Source: Mobula birostris (lineage: Eukaryota). Taken from it: DNA of 64,000 bases. The stretch's first letter is position 1, and each line of letters opens with the position of its first letter. The DNA is taken from assembly GCF_030028105.1 (NCBI RefSeq), contig NC_092379.1:28637821-28701820 (forward strand), in the 5' to 3' direction. Both the position numbers and the translations under genes were made by a program. The notes below the pieces were generated by a model. That model did no database searches. It was not told the DNA's origin and saw only the letters and a list, made by a program, of their open reading frames with translations. Below are positions 36,901 to 49,825 of the stretch, one piece after another.

Positions 36901-37149
36901 GCTTTGTTCGTGAGTCCAGGGAACGCTCTGTTAAGTTCATCTTTATACATAAAGATACGCATTGAATTCACTAAGTATAAACTGTGTTACTGTTTCACCT
37001 TAACTCGTTGTTTTTAGGTGTGAGTCACTACGGTTAATCCGCATCTACTGATATAGGCCTATTACAAACCTAAAGGTAGGAAGAAAAGATAGACCTGGAA
37101 CCTGGTATCCCTCAAGATCTAAACAACAGAGAATCTGCATATGCTGAAA

Positions 37150-38480
37150 ATCGGAGAAACATACAAATGCTGGCGGAACTCAACAGGCCAGACAGAATCT
37201 ATGAAAAAATTACAGTCGACGTTTCAGGCCGAAACCCTTCGGTAGGACTGGAAAAAAATAAAAACGTCCTCCTGTTTGTCGGCAGCGTACAGTAGTCTAT
37301 GTCTCAAGTTTCTGCTTACATCAAACAAAAGGGGTAGCCACGAGGACGCGAATGGGTCCCAGTTATGCCTACCTGTTCGTCGGCTCTGTGGAACAGTAGT
37401 GCACTGGCGACCGCCCCGTACTTTTCCTACGCTACATCGCCGACTGCTTTGGTGCTGCCTCCTGCACCCATGCTGATTGCATCCACTTTGGCTCCGACTT
37501 CCGCCCTGCCCTCAAATTTATCAGTTCAAGTTCCGACACCTTCCTTCTCTTTCTGGATTTCGCTGTCTCTGCCTCTAGGGACAGGTTATCCACTGATCTC
37601 TATTATAAATCCACGAACTCACAAAGCTATCCGGACTATACCTCGTCCCCACCTGCTACTTGTAAAAACGTCATCTCCGTCTCTCAGTTCCTCATCTACT
37701 GGCAGGATGAGGGTTTTCATTCAAGAACGAAGGAGATGTCATCTTTTTTTTTCAAAGAAAGGGGCTTCTCTTCCTCCACCATCAACGTTGCCCTAAACCA
37801 TATCTCCTCCATTTCACGAATATTTGCTCTTACTCCATCCTTCGGCCTCCCCATCAGGGATAGGGTTCCCCTTGTTCTCACCTACTAATCCACTAGCCTC
37901 CCCGTTCAGCGCATAAGTCTCCGAAAATTCTGCCACCTCCAACGGGATCCCACCAGTAAGTGCATTTTTCCCTCTCCCAACCTCCGAACCTCACCCAACC
38001 CCCATTTACTGCTTTCTGGAGGGATCGCTCCCTACGCGAATACCTGGTCTGTTCAGCCTTCCTCGCTGATCTCCCTCCTGGCATTTATCCTCGCAAACGG
38101 AACAAATGGTGCACCTGCCTCTATAGTTCGTCCACGCAACCATTCAGGGTCCTAAGCAGTCCTTCCAGGTGTCGGCTATTGGGATCATATACTGTGTTCA
38201 GAGCTCCCATTGTGGCTTGCTGTATATCTGTGCGGCCCGACGTACATTGGGAGGCAGCCTCGTCGTGCATCTGTGCTCCATCCTCCTGAAAAAAGCAGGA
38301 CCTCTTAGTGGTCATTCATTTTAATTCCACTTCTCATTCCTTTTTCAATAATGTACATCCATGCACCTCTACTACCGTGATGAGGCCATACTTACGTTGG
38401 AAGTAGAACACCTTATATTCCGTTTGGGTAGCCTCCATCTTGATGGCTTGAACATCGATTTTTCAAACTTTCGGTATTGC
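37150..38480 (+). mobile_element. Decayed Penelope-like retroelement (RT plus GIY-YIG remnants)
   Basis: VATRTRMGPSYAYLFVG and FLRYIADC motifs; inverted terminal repeat at 37150-37255. Confidence 0.8.
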
Positions 38481-38674
38481 CTCCCACAACTTGCCCTCTC
38501 CTTCACTATTTACCATTCCCTTTTCCCTCGTTAACATTACCGCCCAATCCCCCTATCTTGATGTTCCTCTCTAACTTTTCTTTCTTCCACAGACATTTGT
38601 CTCATTCACTAATAAACTTTCCAGCTTATCGCCATGCAGCCATGCAATTCCAATCTCTCTCTCTCTCTCTCTCT

Positions 38675-38719
<45 letters not shown>

Positions 38720-40436
38720 TCTCTCTTTCTCTTTTGCCCTTCTCAATTTATCATTTCTGGTCCTTTACTGTCCCACCTATTTCTTTTTCCTTGTACATCA
38801 CTCGGTTCCTCTACTCCATCACTCCCACATTCTTAATCACTAGACGGTTGTTCAAGTAGAAAGGTGGCATTAGCGGGATAACTCCCCTGTATGAATTACT
38901 GATACTAACACATTTCATATATGCAATTACGTGAGCATATCTTTTAGGTAATGCACTACTAATCGACGGTGTTTTGCACGAGCAAGTTTCAGACCCACAC
39001 CCGCTGATAGAAGTAATTTCAAAAAAGATTAGACGGTACAGTGTGATTTTATTCAGACTCAAGTGTATGAAAGTTTGAATCAGAAAATCAAACAGTTCGT
39101 AAAAAGTGCAAATCACAACGTATCACCGAAACAATTACAGGACGTAGTGGAAGTAGTCAGTCTGTCTGGAAATGACTATGAAGATTACATTTTCAGACAT
39201 TTCATGGGGACTGTGACCTCATTCAGGCAGCGTGATCAATAGTATTGTTTCATGCATGAACACATGATTAAAATGATAGTGGTAAAATATCAAGCTTGAA
39301 AACGGATGCTTTCATTCTGTTCTCCTTACTTCCACAGTAAACTGAACATTCTGTCTGTTCTCTTTTCAGTCGTGCAGGTAATATATTGTGTACAGGGTTA
39401 GTTTCTGCTCTGCGTTTATTAGAGTAATGGGCTCCAGATGAGATAGTCTGTTAACACCCAATGCACTCGTTGTGGCCTTACTCTTTGTTGTCATGCATTA
39501 TTTTGCTTGTTTTTCTGTTTTTTTTTTGACTGTTACTTTCTTCTGCGTTCCAAAAGTGTTTAACCTATACTATCTCGTCACACAGTGCCATGAATTGATC
39601 TGTATGATCGGAACCAATTCAACATTTCACAATGTGTTGGCACATTTCACTATTTTATAAATGCAATTCTAACTTCGATATTGAAAAAGAAGTTGGAAGG
39701 AAGACATTGCCATTGACATGTCTATTCTGGAGACACTAAACAATCTCGTTTTATGCTATCTTGTCACTCAATTCCTTCCTCACAGATTGTGAACGCATCT
39801 ATCACAATGGTATCTGCTATATGTATCATACTATAGATCCATAGGTTGTATAACTTATGTAAATAATCAATAAAATGATAAGTATTTGTCACAACATCCT
39901 ATCTTTCAGTGGCATACCATTTGTTAAGCATAATCAATCCGAGGAACACCGATTTACCCCACTCTCTGGTTTTCTTTATTGAATCAATGTCAATAGATTC
40001 CACATGAGCATTCGGCTCGATCTGTAGCATTCGATATTGCGCCGCATTCAATGTTTTCTATTTCCAAGTTCGACGATAATCTCACTGTTTCTCCATCAAG
40101 GATCTCTAACAAACTGGCAAAAAACAGCGTTGAATACAGTTGACAATCGTGATATGGCATCCCATGCAAAAGAGGGTATTTAGATACCTAAATTTGGATT
40201 TTTTTTACATGAAATCCAATGTAATGCTTTCATTTGGTTGAATGCAAAAATAGTACTCAAGCTCGACATAGTCTGCGACCGAGTGGTGCCCATTTAAGTC
40301 GACCACGTAACCTTACTAATATCTGAGTTTGCTCCTTGCAGTTGAATGGAAAAACAAGCCCTCTGCTGACATTTATTGCATCACTAGGAACTGTTTTATT
40401 TTTGCTTTTGTCTGGACCAGAGGTTTCCCTGCAAGA

Positions 40437-42375
40437 AACACACATCAAAGTTGCTGGTGAACGCAGCAGGCGAAGCAGCATCTCTAGGAAGAGGTACAGT
40501 CGACGTTTCAGGCCGAGACCCTTCGTCTGGACTAACTGAAGGAAGAGTTAGTAAGAGCTTTGAAAGTGGGAGGAGGAGGGGGAGATCCAAAATGATAGTA
40601 GAAGACTGGAGGGAATCCAACGGGATCCCACCACTAAGCACATCTTTCACTCCCCCCCCCCCCCACTCTCTGCTTTCTGCAGGGATCGCTCCCTACGCGA
40701 ATCCTTTGTCCATTCGTCCCCCCCATCCCTCCCCACTGATCTCGTTCCTGGCACTTATCCTTGAAAGCGGAACAAGTGCTACACATGCCCTTACACTTCC
40801 TCCCTTACCACCATTCAGGGCCCCAAACAGTCCTTCCAGGTGAGGCAACACTTCACCTGTGGATCGGCTTGGGTGATAGACTGCGTCCGGTGCTCCCGAT
40901 GTGGCCTTTTATATGTTGGCGAGACCCGACGCAAACTGGGAGACCGCTTTGCTGAACATCTACGCTCTGTCCGCAAGAGAAATCAGGATCTCCCAGTGGC
41001 CACACATTTTATTTCCACATCCCATTCCCATTCTGACATGTCTATCCACGGCCTCCTCTACTGTAAAGAAGAAACCACACTCAAGTTGGAGGAACAACAC
41101 CTTATATTCCGTCTGGGTAGCCTCCAACCTGATGTCATGGACATCGACTTCTCTAACTTCCGCTAGGCCCCACCTCCCCCTCGTACCCCATTTGTTATTC
41201 ATTTTTATACACATTCTTTCTGTCGCTCTCCTTTTTCTCCCTCTGTCCCTCTGAATATACCCCTTGCCCATCCTCTGGGTCCCCCTCACACCCACCTTGT
41301 CTTTCTTTTGCCGGATCTCCTGTCCAATGATCCTCTCGTATCCCTTTTGCCAATCGCCTGTCCAGCTGTTGGCTCCATCCCACCCCCTCCTGTCTTCTCC
41401 TATCATTTTGGATCTCCCCCTCCCCATCCAACTTTCAAATCTCTTACTCACTCTTCCTTCAGTTAGTCCTGACGAAGGGTCTCGGCCTGAAACGTCGACT
41501 GTACCTCTTCCTAGAGATGCTGTCTGCCCTGCTGCTTTTACCAGCAACTTTGATGTGTGTTGCTTGAATTTCCAGCATCCGCAGAATTCCTGTTGTTTGC
41601 GTTTTTAACTTCACCTGTGAGTCGTCTAGGGTTATATATTGCGTCCAGTGCTCCCGATGTGGCCTTCTATATATTGGCGAGACCCGACGCAGACTGGGAG
41701 ACCGCTTTGCTGAACACCTACGCTCTGTTCGCCAGAGAAAGCAGGATCTCCCAGTGGCCACACATTTTAATTCCACATCCCATTCCCATTCTGACATGTC
41801 TATTCACGGCCTCCTCTACTGTAAAGATGAAGCCACATTCAGGTTGGAGGAACAACACTTTATATTCCGTCTGGGTAGTCTCCAACCTGATGGCATGAGC
41901 ATCGACTTCTCTAACTTCCGCTAATGCCCCACTTCCCCCTCGTACCCCATCCGTTATTTATTTTTATACACACATTCCACATTCTTTCTCTCACTCACTC
42001 TCCTTTTTCTCCCTCTGTCCCTCTGACTATACCCCTTACCCAGCCTCTGGTTCCACCCCACCCCCCCCGTCTTTCTCCCCGGACCTCCTGTCACATGATC
42101 CTTTCATAACTCCTTTGTCAATCACCTGTGCAGCTCTTGGCTCCATCCCTCCCCCTCCTGTCTTCTCCTATCACTTTGGATCTCCCCCTCCCTCTCCCAC
42201 TTTCAAGTCTCTTACTAACTCTTCTTTCAATTAGTCCTGACGAAGGGTCTCGGCCTGAGGCTTCGACTGCACCTCTTCCTAGAGATGTTGCTTGGCCTGC
42301 TGCGTTCACCAGCAAATTTCATGTGTGTTGCTTGAATTTCCAGCATCTGCAGAATTCCTGTTGTTTGCGTTTCCC
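40437..42375 (+). mobile_element. Penelope-like retroelement end: inverted terminal repeat plus two tandem 3' units with a GIY-YIG endonuclease
   Basis: CSRCGLLYVGETRRKLGDRFAEH (40840-41166). 41620-42375 repeats 40860-41605; 40437-40620 is the reverse complement of 41390-41560. Confidence 0.88.
41464..41501 (+). ncRNA. Minimal type I hammerhead ribozyme in a Penelope-like element
   Basis: TAGTC-CTGACGA-AGG(GTCTCGG)CCT-GAAA-CGTC-GACTG: stem I TAGTC/GACTG, stem II AGG/CCT, palindromic ACGT stem III, cleavage triplet GTC. Confidence 0.75.
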
Positions 42376-42814
42376 TGCAAGAGCGTGGTTCCTCATAACA
42401 CAGAGGAACATTGGGTTGTACAGCACACAGCTCCAAGATATTCTTGGTGTTAACTCTAACCAGACATTATGGAGGACGCTCGAAATTTTCCAGAATTTAT
42501 TTTGCAGATTCCCCGCAATGCTGATTGTACTAGATGTAGTTATGCCAGCGCTAGGGTTGTGTTCTGTTTTTCTCATACTTTAATTGAAGGGAAACCTATA
42601 TCACTTTGTTTTTTAACTTAATAAAAGGTAGACTATTGGAAGATGCCTGGCTTGCACTAATCTCACTAGAAATCAGTTGGACGCCACTTCCCGACACTTG
42701 TCAGGCAAAAGGCCAGTGCAAAGTATAAGGAACAAAGGAATGGCGCGATGGTGTCGGACTTCTGACTCTGTCGAAAGGCAGTCTAGTTTCCAAGTAGTTA
42801 CTTTTAATTGACAG

Positions 42815-43044
42815 ATATTTGAAATCGCTAGTATAAGTAAAATTCGGTGTTATGGCCAGTCCTTCTTCGAGAGTTAATTCAGGAGATCCCTGTTTCACGA
42901 AATCTTCCTTCTCACTTCTGCAAGAAAGAACACGTCTATGAGCATCCCAGGTTTGCAATGAAACCACGGGCCACTGATTATCCATCACAGAGACTCACCG
43001 TACAGAACAAATAATACAATTAGTAATGAACGGAGGGGACGCAT
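42815..43044 (-). pseudogene. V relic (leader plus 5' half), paralog of 10365-10597
   Basis: Leader MRPLRSLLIVLFVLY|G with GTGAGT; DFVKQGSPELTLEEGLAITPNFTY. Confidence 0.7.
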
Positions 43045-43360
43045 AGTGTTTGCACAGGCGATAGATTAGAAGCGAAATGGTAAGGTGAGAATGGATCAGC
43101 CACATCGTTCTCCGTGGATAAGACTTGGGGCGTTTTCCTGCTGAAGTATTAGATGATAAAGCGGAATCGAGCTTATTTAGGCAGAAATCGGCATCCACTT
43201 TCGGGAGAGAGACATGGTCACCGAGATGTACTGGAAACGTTCCGGAAAACTGCCACTATATTCCGAGGAAAGTTAAATTTAAGAAGTGTTCCACAAGGTT
43301 GGGCACATTTTGCTGCTAAATACAGCGTTTTAGGTAGACCACGTGATCCTCATGCTCTGT

Positions 43361-43650
43361 GAATTAGTAGAATGTCTACGAGATGGCTTATTAGAACAGC
43401 TTCTTGTTGAGCCTACTGGGGCATCGGCTGTACTGGATTGGGTATTGTTTAATGAACCGGAGGTGATTGGAGAGATTGAGGTGAAGGAACCCTTAGGAGG
43501 CAGTGATCATAACATGATTGAGTTGACTGTGAAATTAGAAAAAGAGAAGCCGAAATCTGATGTGTCGGTATTTCAGTGGAGTAAAGGAAATTACAGTGGC
43601 ATGAGAGAGGAACTAACCAAAGTTGATAGGAAAGAGACACTAGAGGGAAA
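43361..43650 (+). mobile_element. CR1 endonuclease-region fragment
   Basis: LDWVLFNEPEVIGEIEVKEPLGGSDHNMIE. Confidence 0.85.
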
Positions 43651-43685
43651 GACAGCGGTTATGGGCAACATCCAGCCTTATGCGA

Positions 43686-43699
43686 TCAGTAGAGGGCGA
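43686..43699 (+). promoter_or_regulatory. CTCF-like motif in inverted orientation
   Basis: TCAGTAGAGGGCGA on +, inside a 65-bp inversion. Confidence 0.55.
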
Positions 43700-43714
43700 C
43701 TTTTGCTGGGAAAC

Positions 43715-44109
43715 TATATACGCCAGAGTCCAGGGCAAGAATTCCAGAGATATTTAAACGAGCTTATTCGGCGTTTGTGCACATCAGCTGGAAAACTCCT
43801 CGAATATTCTGGAAGCCGCTCCAATGTTCCTGAGCCATATAGCTTCATCAATATTTTTTGCGAAATTTTACGGAATGCTGAGTGTACCAAAAATATTTGC
43901 ATTAGTTCGTGTATAATGTCAGTGTTATGAACTGACATTCGTCAGCCATTAATTTAGGAGGATCCTAGATCATTGAATTGTTCCCTCTCGTTCCTGCAAT
44001 GAAGGACAGAATGCTATAATGTCGCTGACTTGCACTGAACTGACGTGGCACGCTCTGGTCATGTGTGCAGGATGACAAATGTAATCCCTAATAAACGGAG
44101 GGAGCACAT
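43715..44109 (-). pseudogene. TCR V pseudogene, paralog of 15312-15726; heptamer deleted and rest of RSS inverted
   Basis: Colinear with 15330-15726; the 3' junction is rearranged. Confidence 0.8.
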
Positions 44110-44316
44110 ACTCCCTGGCTTTAGCCTCGACAGCACGGCAACTTACTTCCGAGAATTTATCACTATGGCAAGTATTGAAGAGTAAAACTGTATCAAAATA
44201 GACTTCACGGTGCCCTGCTCAACGATGGCAGATAAAACAAACAGCGGCTCTATGAGGAGGAATCAGAATCCGCTTTCTTTGAATTCCCACTTTTGCCTTT
44301 TTCCCGACACTATAAA

Positions 44317-44354
<38 letters not shown>

Positions 44355-44846
44355 CATTTATTTATTTATCTATCTTTCTCTCTTTTGCGCTCTTTCTCTC
44401 TGTCTCTCTTTCTCACTCTCTTGTTCTCTGCCTGTCTTCATCGCTCTCTCGGTCTCAATCCGAATATTAATTTCTGTTTTTTTCGATTTATCCACCTGCT
44501 TTGTTCGCTGTACCAGCTCACTCTCGCTTACATTGCTATTCTGCCCTGCTCTCTCGCTTCTTACACCATGTGATACCATGCGAAGCAACGCATTATTGAT
44601 TCATTCGCAAAATTTTGACTTGCAGTTGTTTCTGTTATCTAAACTCATCAGCCTTTTAAGTCATTGACGAATTCCTTTCAATCTTTCAGCATTCCGCTGG
44701 ATATTCCTTTTCAATAGCACACCATGTATTTATTCCGTGGACCAGCTGGGCTTGGATGCTGAGGGGATACCGAAGGCATCCGTTAGAGCAAGCAAACACT
44801 GCGAACACTGTGCTGTCCGCATACTGTATCGCTCTGGAAATTTGAG

Positions 44847-45232
44847 TTCTGATCTGCGAACGCTATTCAGTGATTTCGGGCACAACGCTCCCGAAGATAT
44901 TTAAGCCTTTTTTGCCCAGAGACCAGAAAAAAACTGAATGGACTGTCCTCGAGTAGACCAAACTCTCCAATCTTGAATATTTTCGTTGGTTTTCCAGAAT
45001 ATTCAACGCACAACATATAGGCTCCGCCAGATTCCAAGCAACTGCAACTCAGTGACATGGTCTGCCCTTCCACGTTCATTAAACCCTCTTATTGGTACAA
45101 AAAATCTGCCCCACTTGTCCCTGTAAGAAGCCCCGAATATGTGAGGGGCGCCGGAGCGCAGTGACCCTGCAGGACACCTTCTGACCGATTAGAAAGATTC
45201 AACAGATAAAGCAGTCGAAACAGAGAAATTCC
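44847..45232 (-). pseudogene. Decayed V relic
   Basis: ORF track shows EGQTMSLSCSCLESGGAYMLCVEYSGKP; acceptor at 45121. Confidence 0.6.
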
Positions 45233-45770
45233 AAGGGGTGCTTGTAGCGGGAACATAGCACATTGCATAATGTAAGCAGAGGTTGATTTGAAGATATTAC
45301 TCCAATAAAAGAGAAGTAATTCAAGTAAAGATTAGCAGAAAGTTTCCGAGAGAATTAGCGCTTCTGTTTCGAAGCATATGCAGATTTTATTTCTAAATTA
45401 GGGCACAAAAGGAATCCTAAAACTGTAGTGGAGTAAATCGACTCCTCTTTCAAACCCCCTCTATGCATTTTGCCTCTGCCTCTGTCTGTCATGCTCCTGT
45501 TCGGCTACTTCTGTTCCTCTCTGTTACTATCACTTTAAAGAGGGAACTAAACTGCTATTACACGTTATTGCACATCAGGTGATTACGTATGAGTTTGAAT
45601 ACAGAGTACAGAGAGGAAATTAAGAACCTGGTGGCATGGTGCGAAGACAATAACCTGTCCCTCAAGGTCAGCAAGAGGAAGGAATTGGTTGTTGACTTCA
45701 GAAGGAGTACTGTACCGCACGACCCAATTTACATCGGTGGTGCGCAAGTGGAACAGGTAAAAAGCTATAA

Positions 45771-47900
45771 GTTTGTAATTATCATGGAAACGGATAGAAT
45801 CAAAGAGGACAGGAAAGTTTTTAGTTGGGGAAAGGCAAATTATGAGAATATAAGGCTAGAACTTGCAGATGTGAATTGGGATGATGTTTTTTTGCAGGGA
45901 AATGTACTATGGATATGTGGTCGATGTCTAGGGATGTAAAGGATAAATTTGTCCCGTTGAGGAAGATAAAGAATGGTAGGGTGAAAGAACCATGGGTGAC
46001 AAGTGAGGTGGAAAATCTAGTCAGGTGGAAGAAGGCAGCATACATGAGGTTTAGGAAGCAAGGATCAGATGGGTCTATTGAGGAATATAGGGAAGCAAGA
46101 AAGGAGCTTAAGAAGGGGCTGAGTAGAGTAATAAGGGGGCATAAGAAGGCTTTGGCGAGTAGGATAAAGGAAAACCCCAAGGCATTCTTCAATTATGTGC
46201 AGAAAAAAAGGATGACAGGAGTGAAGGTAGGACCGATTAGAGATAAAGGTGGGAAGACGTGCCTGGAGGCTGTGGAAGTGAGCTAGGTCCTCAATGAATA
46301 CTTCTCTTCGGTATTCACCAATGAGAGGGAACTTGATGATGGTGAGGACAATATGAGTGAGTGATGTTCTGGAGCATGCTGATATTAAGGGAGAGGAGGT
46401 GTTGGAGTTGTTAAATACATTAAGACAAATAAGCCCCCGGGGCCTGACGGAATATTCCCCAGGCTGCTTCACGAGGCGAGAGAAGAGATTGCTGAGCCTC
46501 TGGCTAGGATCTTTATGTCCTCGTTGTCCACGGGAATGGTACCGGAGGATTGGAGTGAGGCGAATGTTGCTCCCTTGTTCAAAAAAGGTAGTAGGGATAG
46601 TCCGGGTAATTATAGACCAGTGAGCCTTACGTCTGTGGTGGGAAAGCTGTTAGAAAAGATTCTTAGAGATAGGATGCATAGGCATTTAGAGAATCATGGT
46701 CTGATCAGGGACAGTCAGCATGGCTTTGTGAAGGGCAGATCGTGTCTAACAAGCCTGATAGAGTTCTTTGAGGAGGTGACCAGACATATGGATGAGGGTA
46801 GTGCAGAGAATGTGATCTATATGGATTTTAGTAGGGCATTTGACAAGGTTCCACACGGTAGGCTTATTCAGAAAGTTAGAAGGCATAGGATCCAGGGGAG
46901 TTTGGCCAGATGGATTCAGAATTGGCTTGCCTGCAGAAGTCAGAGGGTGGTGGTGGAGGGAGTACATTCAGATTGGAGGATTGTGACTAGTGGTGTCCCA
47001 CAAGGATCTGTTCTGGGACTTCTACTTTTCGTGATTTTTATTAACGACCTGGATGTGGGGGTAGAAGGGTGGGTTGGCAAGTTTGCAGACGACACAAAGG
47101 TTGGTGGTGTTTTAGATAGTGTAGAGGATTGTCAAAGATTGCAGAGAGACATTGATAGGATGCAGAAGTGGGCTGAGGAGTGGCAGATGGAATTCAACCC
47201 GGAGAAGTGTGAGGTGGTACACTTTGGAAGGACAAACTCCAAGGTAGAGTACAAAGTAAATGGCAGGATACTTGGTAGTGTGAAGGAGCAGAGGGATATC
47301 GAGGTACATGTCCACAGATCCCTGAAAGTTGCCTCGCAGGTGGACAGGGTAGTTAAGACAGCTTATGGGGTGTTAACTTTCATAAGTCGAGGGATAGAGT
47401 TTAAGAGTCGCGATGTAATGATGCAGCTCTATAAATCTCTGGTTAGGCCGCACTTGGAGTATTGTGTCCAGTTCTGGTCACCTCACTATAGGAAGGATGT
47501 GGAAGCATTGGAAAGGGTACAGAGGAGATTTAACAGGATGCTGTCTGGTTTAGAGAGTATGGATTATGATCAGAGATTAAGAGAGCTAGGGCTTTACTCT
47601 TTGGAGAGAAGGAGGATGAGAGGAGACAATACAAGAGGACATGGCTTTAAGGTAAGGCGTGGGAATTTCAAGGCAGATATTAGAGGAAAGTTTTTTTTAC
47701 TCAGAGAGTGGTTGGTGCATGGAATGCACTGCCTGAGTCAGTGGTGGAGGCAGATACCCTCGTGAAGTTTAAGAGACTAGTAGACAGGTATATGGAGAAT
47801 TCTAAGGTGGGGGCTTATATGGGAGGCAGGGTTTGAGGGTCGGCACAACATTGTGGGCCGAATGGCCTGTACTGTGCTGTACTATTCTATGTTCTATGTT
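45771..47900 (+). mobile_element. 5'-truncated CR1 LINE nested in a Rex1 fragment; RT ORF 46515-47765
   Basis: 416-aa RT (NYRPVSLTS, GVPQGSVLG, KFADD), (CTATGTT)n tail. Host Rex1 continues at 45600-45770 and 47901-48062. Confidence 0.92.
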
Positions 47901-48081
47901 CCACGGGGTCAATATCACAAATGACCTGAATTAGTCCACCCAAGCAGAGTCCACTGCCAAGAAGGCCCAACAGCGCCTTTACTTCCTGAGAAAGCTAAGG
48001 AAATCTGGCCTGTCCCCTAAAACCCTCACTAATTTTTAGAGATGCACCATGCAAAGCATTTCCAGGACCAGTTTTAAACAG

Positions 48082-48550
48082 GTGCCAGAATTCAACATAA
48101 GAGCTTGAGCGCTATGAAATTAAGCCGTCCAGCTGCCTTTATGCAAACTAGTGATACATCTCACTGGGCAATCTGGATGCCGCTCCGTTACTACTGTGCT
48201 ATAATTTGCTTCGCAAATAATTTCGAGTTTCTCCACAATTTATCTGCATCAGCGTAAGTGTAATCACAATTGAGTGTTATGGTCTATCCTCTCTCAGCCG
48301 TTCAGTCGGGAGGATCCGGCGTCACTGAATCTTTCCCACTCGTTTCTGCAATGAAGGACACAATGCATCAAAATAGCTGGCTTGTATTGAACGCCCAGGA
48401 GATTCGCTAGCCAGCTTCGCAGGCTACCCAGGCAACACAGCTAATGCAATCAGTCTAAAACAGAGATTAGATTAGATTCAACTTTACTGTCATTGTGCCG
48501 AGTTCAGATACACAGCCAATGAAATGCATTTATTAAGAGAGGAAAAGCAT
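48082..48550 (-). pseudogene. TCR V pseudogene, paralog of 17535-17930
   Basis: Same heptamer-spanning deletion and leader insertion. Confidence 0.78.
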
Positions 48551-48760
48551 GATGTCTAATCTTTGTCTCGATCGAACGGCAGGTTTATTCCAGGAAGTAA
48601 TTAACACTCAATAGCTATTGTGGTGTGAGATCGTTTCAGCACTACCTTCACTGACTGCAAGAACCGAAACCCTTCCGAGAACGGAACAGAATCAGCTTCA
48701 TTTACCTTCGTCATTCGGCACCTTTTTCGTTCGATCAAGGGCGCAAGCACACCACCCCAC

Positions 48761-48823
<63 letters not shown>

Positions 48824-49307
48824 TATTTATGTATCTGTCTCTCTTTTGCGCTCCTTCTCTCTGTCTCTCTTTCTCACTCTCTTGTTCTCAACCTGCTGTC
48901 TTCTCTCTCTCGGTCTCAATCCGAATATTAATCTCTATTTTTTTCGATTTATCCACCTCTTTTCTTCGCTCTACCAGCTCACTCTCTCTTACATTGCCAT
49001 TCCGCCCTGCTCTCTCCCTTCTTACACGATGTGATACCATGCGAAGCAGCGTGTTATTGATTTGTTCGCAAAATTTTGACTTTCAGCTGTTTCTGTTTTC
49101 TGAAATCATCAGCGCTTTAAGCTATTGAAGAAATCCTTTCAATCCGTCAGCATTCCGCTGGATATTCCTTGTCAATAGCACACCAAATATTTATTGCCGT
49201 GGACCAGCTGCGCTTGGATGCTGAAGAGATACCGAAGGCACCCGTGGAGCAAGCAAACACGGCAAACACTCAAGTGTCCAGATCCTGCATCGCTGTGGAA
49301 ATTTGAG

Positions 49308-49581
49308 TGCTCAGCTGCGAACGCTATTCAGTGGTGTCCGGCAAAACGGTCCCGAAAATACTTAAGCCTTCTTTGCCCAGAGACCAGAAAATCTGAATGG
49401 ACTGTCCTCGCGTGGACCAAAATCTCCAATCATGACTATTTTCATCGGTATTCCACAATATACCACGCTCAACATACAGGCTTTACCAGATTCCAAGCAA
49501 TTGGTACTCAGTTACAAGGTTTGCCTTTCCACGTTCATTACGTCCCTCCTATTGGGGTCACAAAATCTGCCCCACTCGTCC
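49308..49581 (-). pseudogene. Decayed V relic, leader deleted
   Basis: Homologous to 16480-16758. Confidence 0.55.
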
Positions 49582-49825
49582 CTGTAGGAAGCCCCGAATG
49601 CATATGAGGATTTTATTACTGAATGAGGGCACTATAGCAATCCTAAGACTGCAGTGGATTAAATCAACTCCCCCTTCACCGCCCCCCCCATGCATTTTGG
49701 CTCCGTCTCTGTCCGTCATGCTCCTGTTCGTCTCCTTCTGATCCTCTCTGTTACTGTAACTTTAAAGAGGGAGTTAAAGTGTTATTACACATTATTACAC
49801 ATCGGGTGAGGACACATGAGTTTGA

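Noticed and set aside
40960-41547. 195-aa minus-strand ORF and similar ORFs with MLVNAAG...GRDPSSGL
   Set aside because: Antisense reading of Penelope-like terminal repeats
43343-43930. 195-aa plus-strand ORF
   Set aside because: Chimera of a CR1 fragment, the inverted RSS flank and antisense V; not a gene
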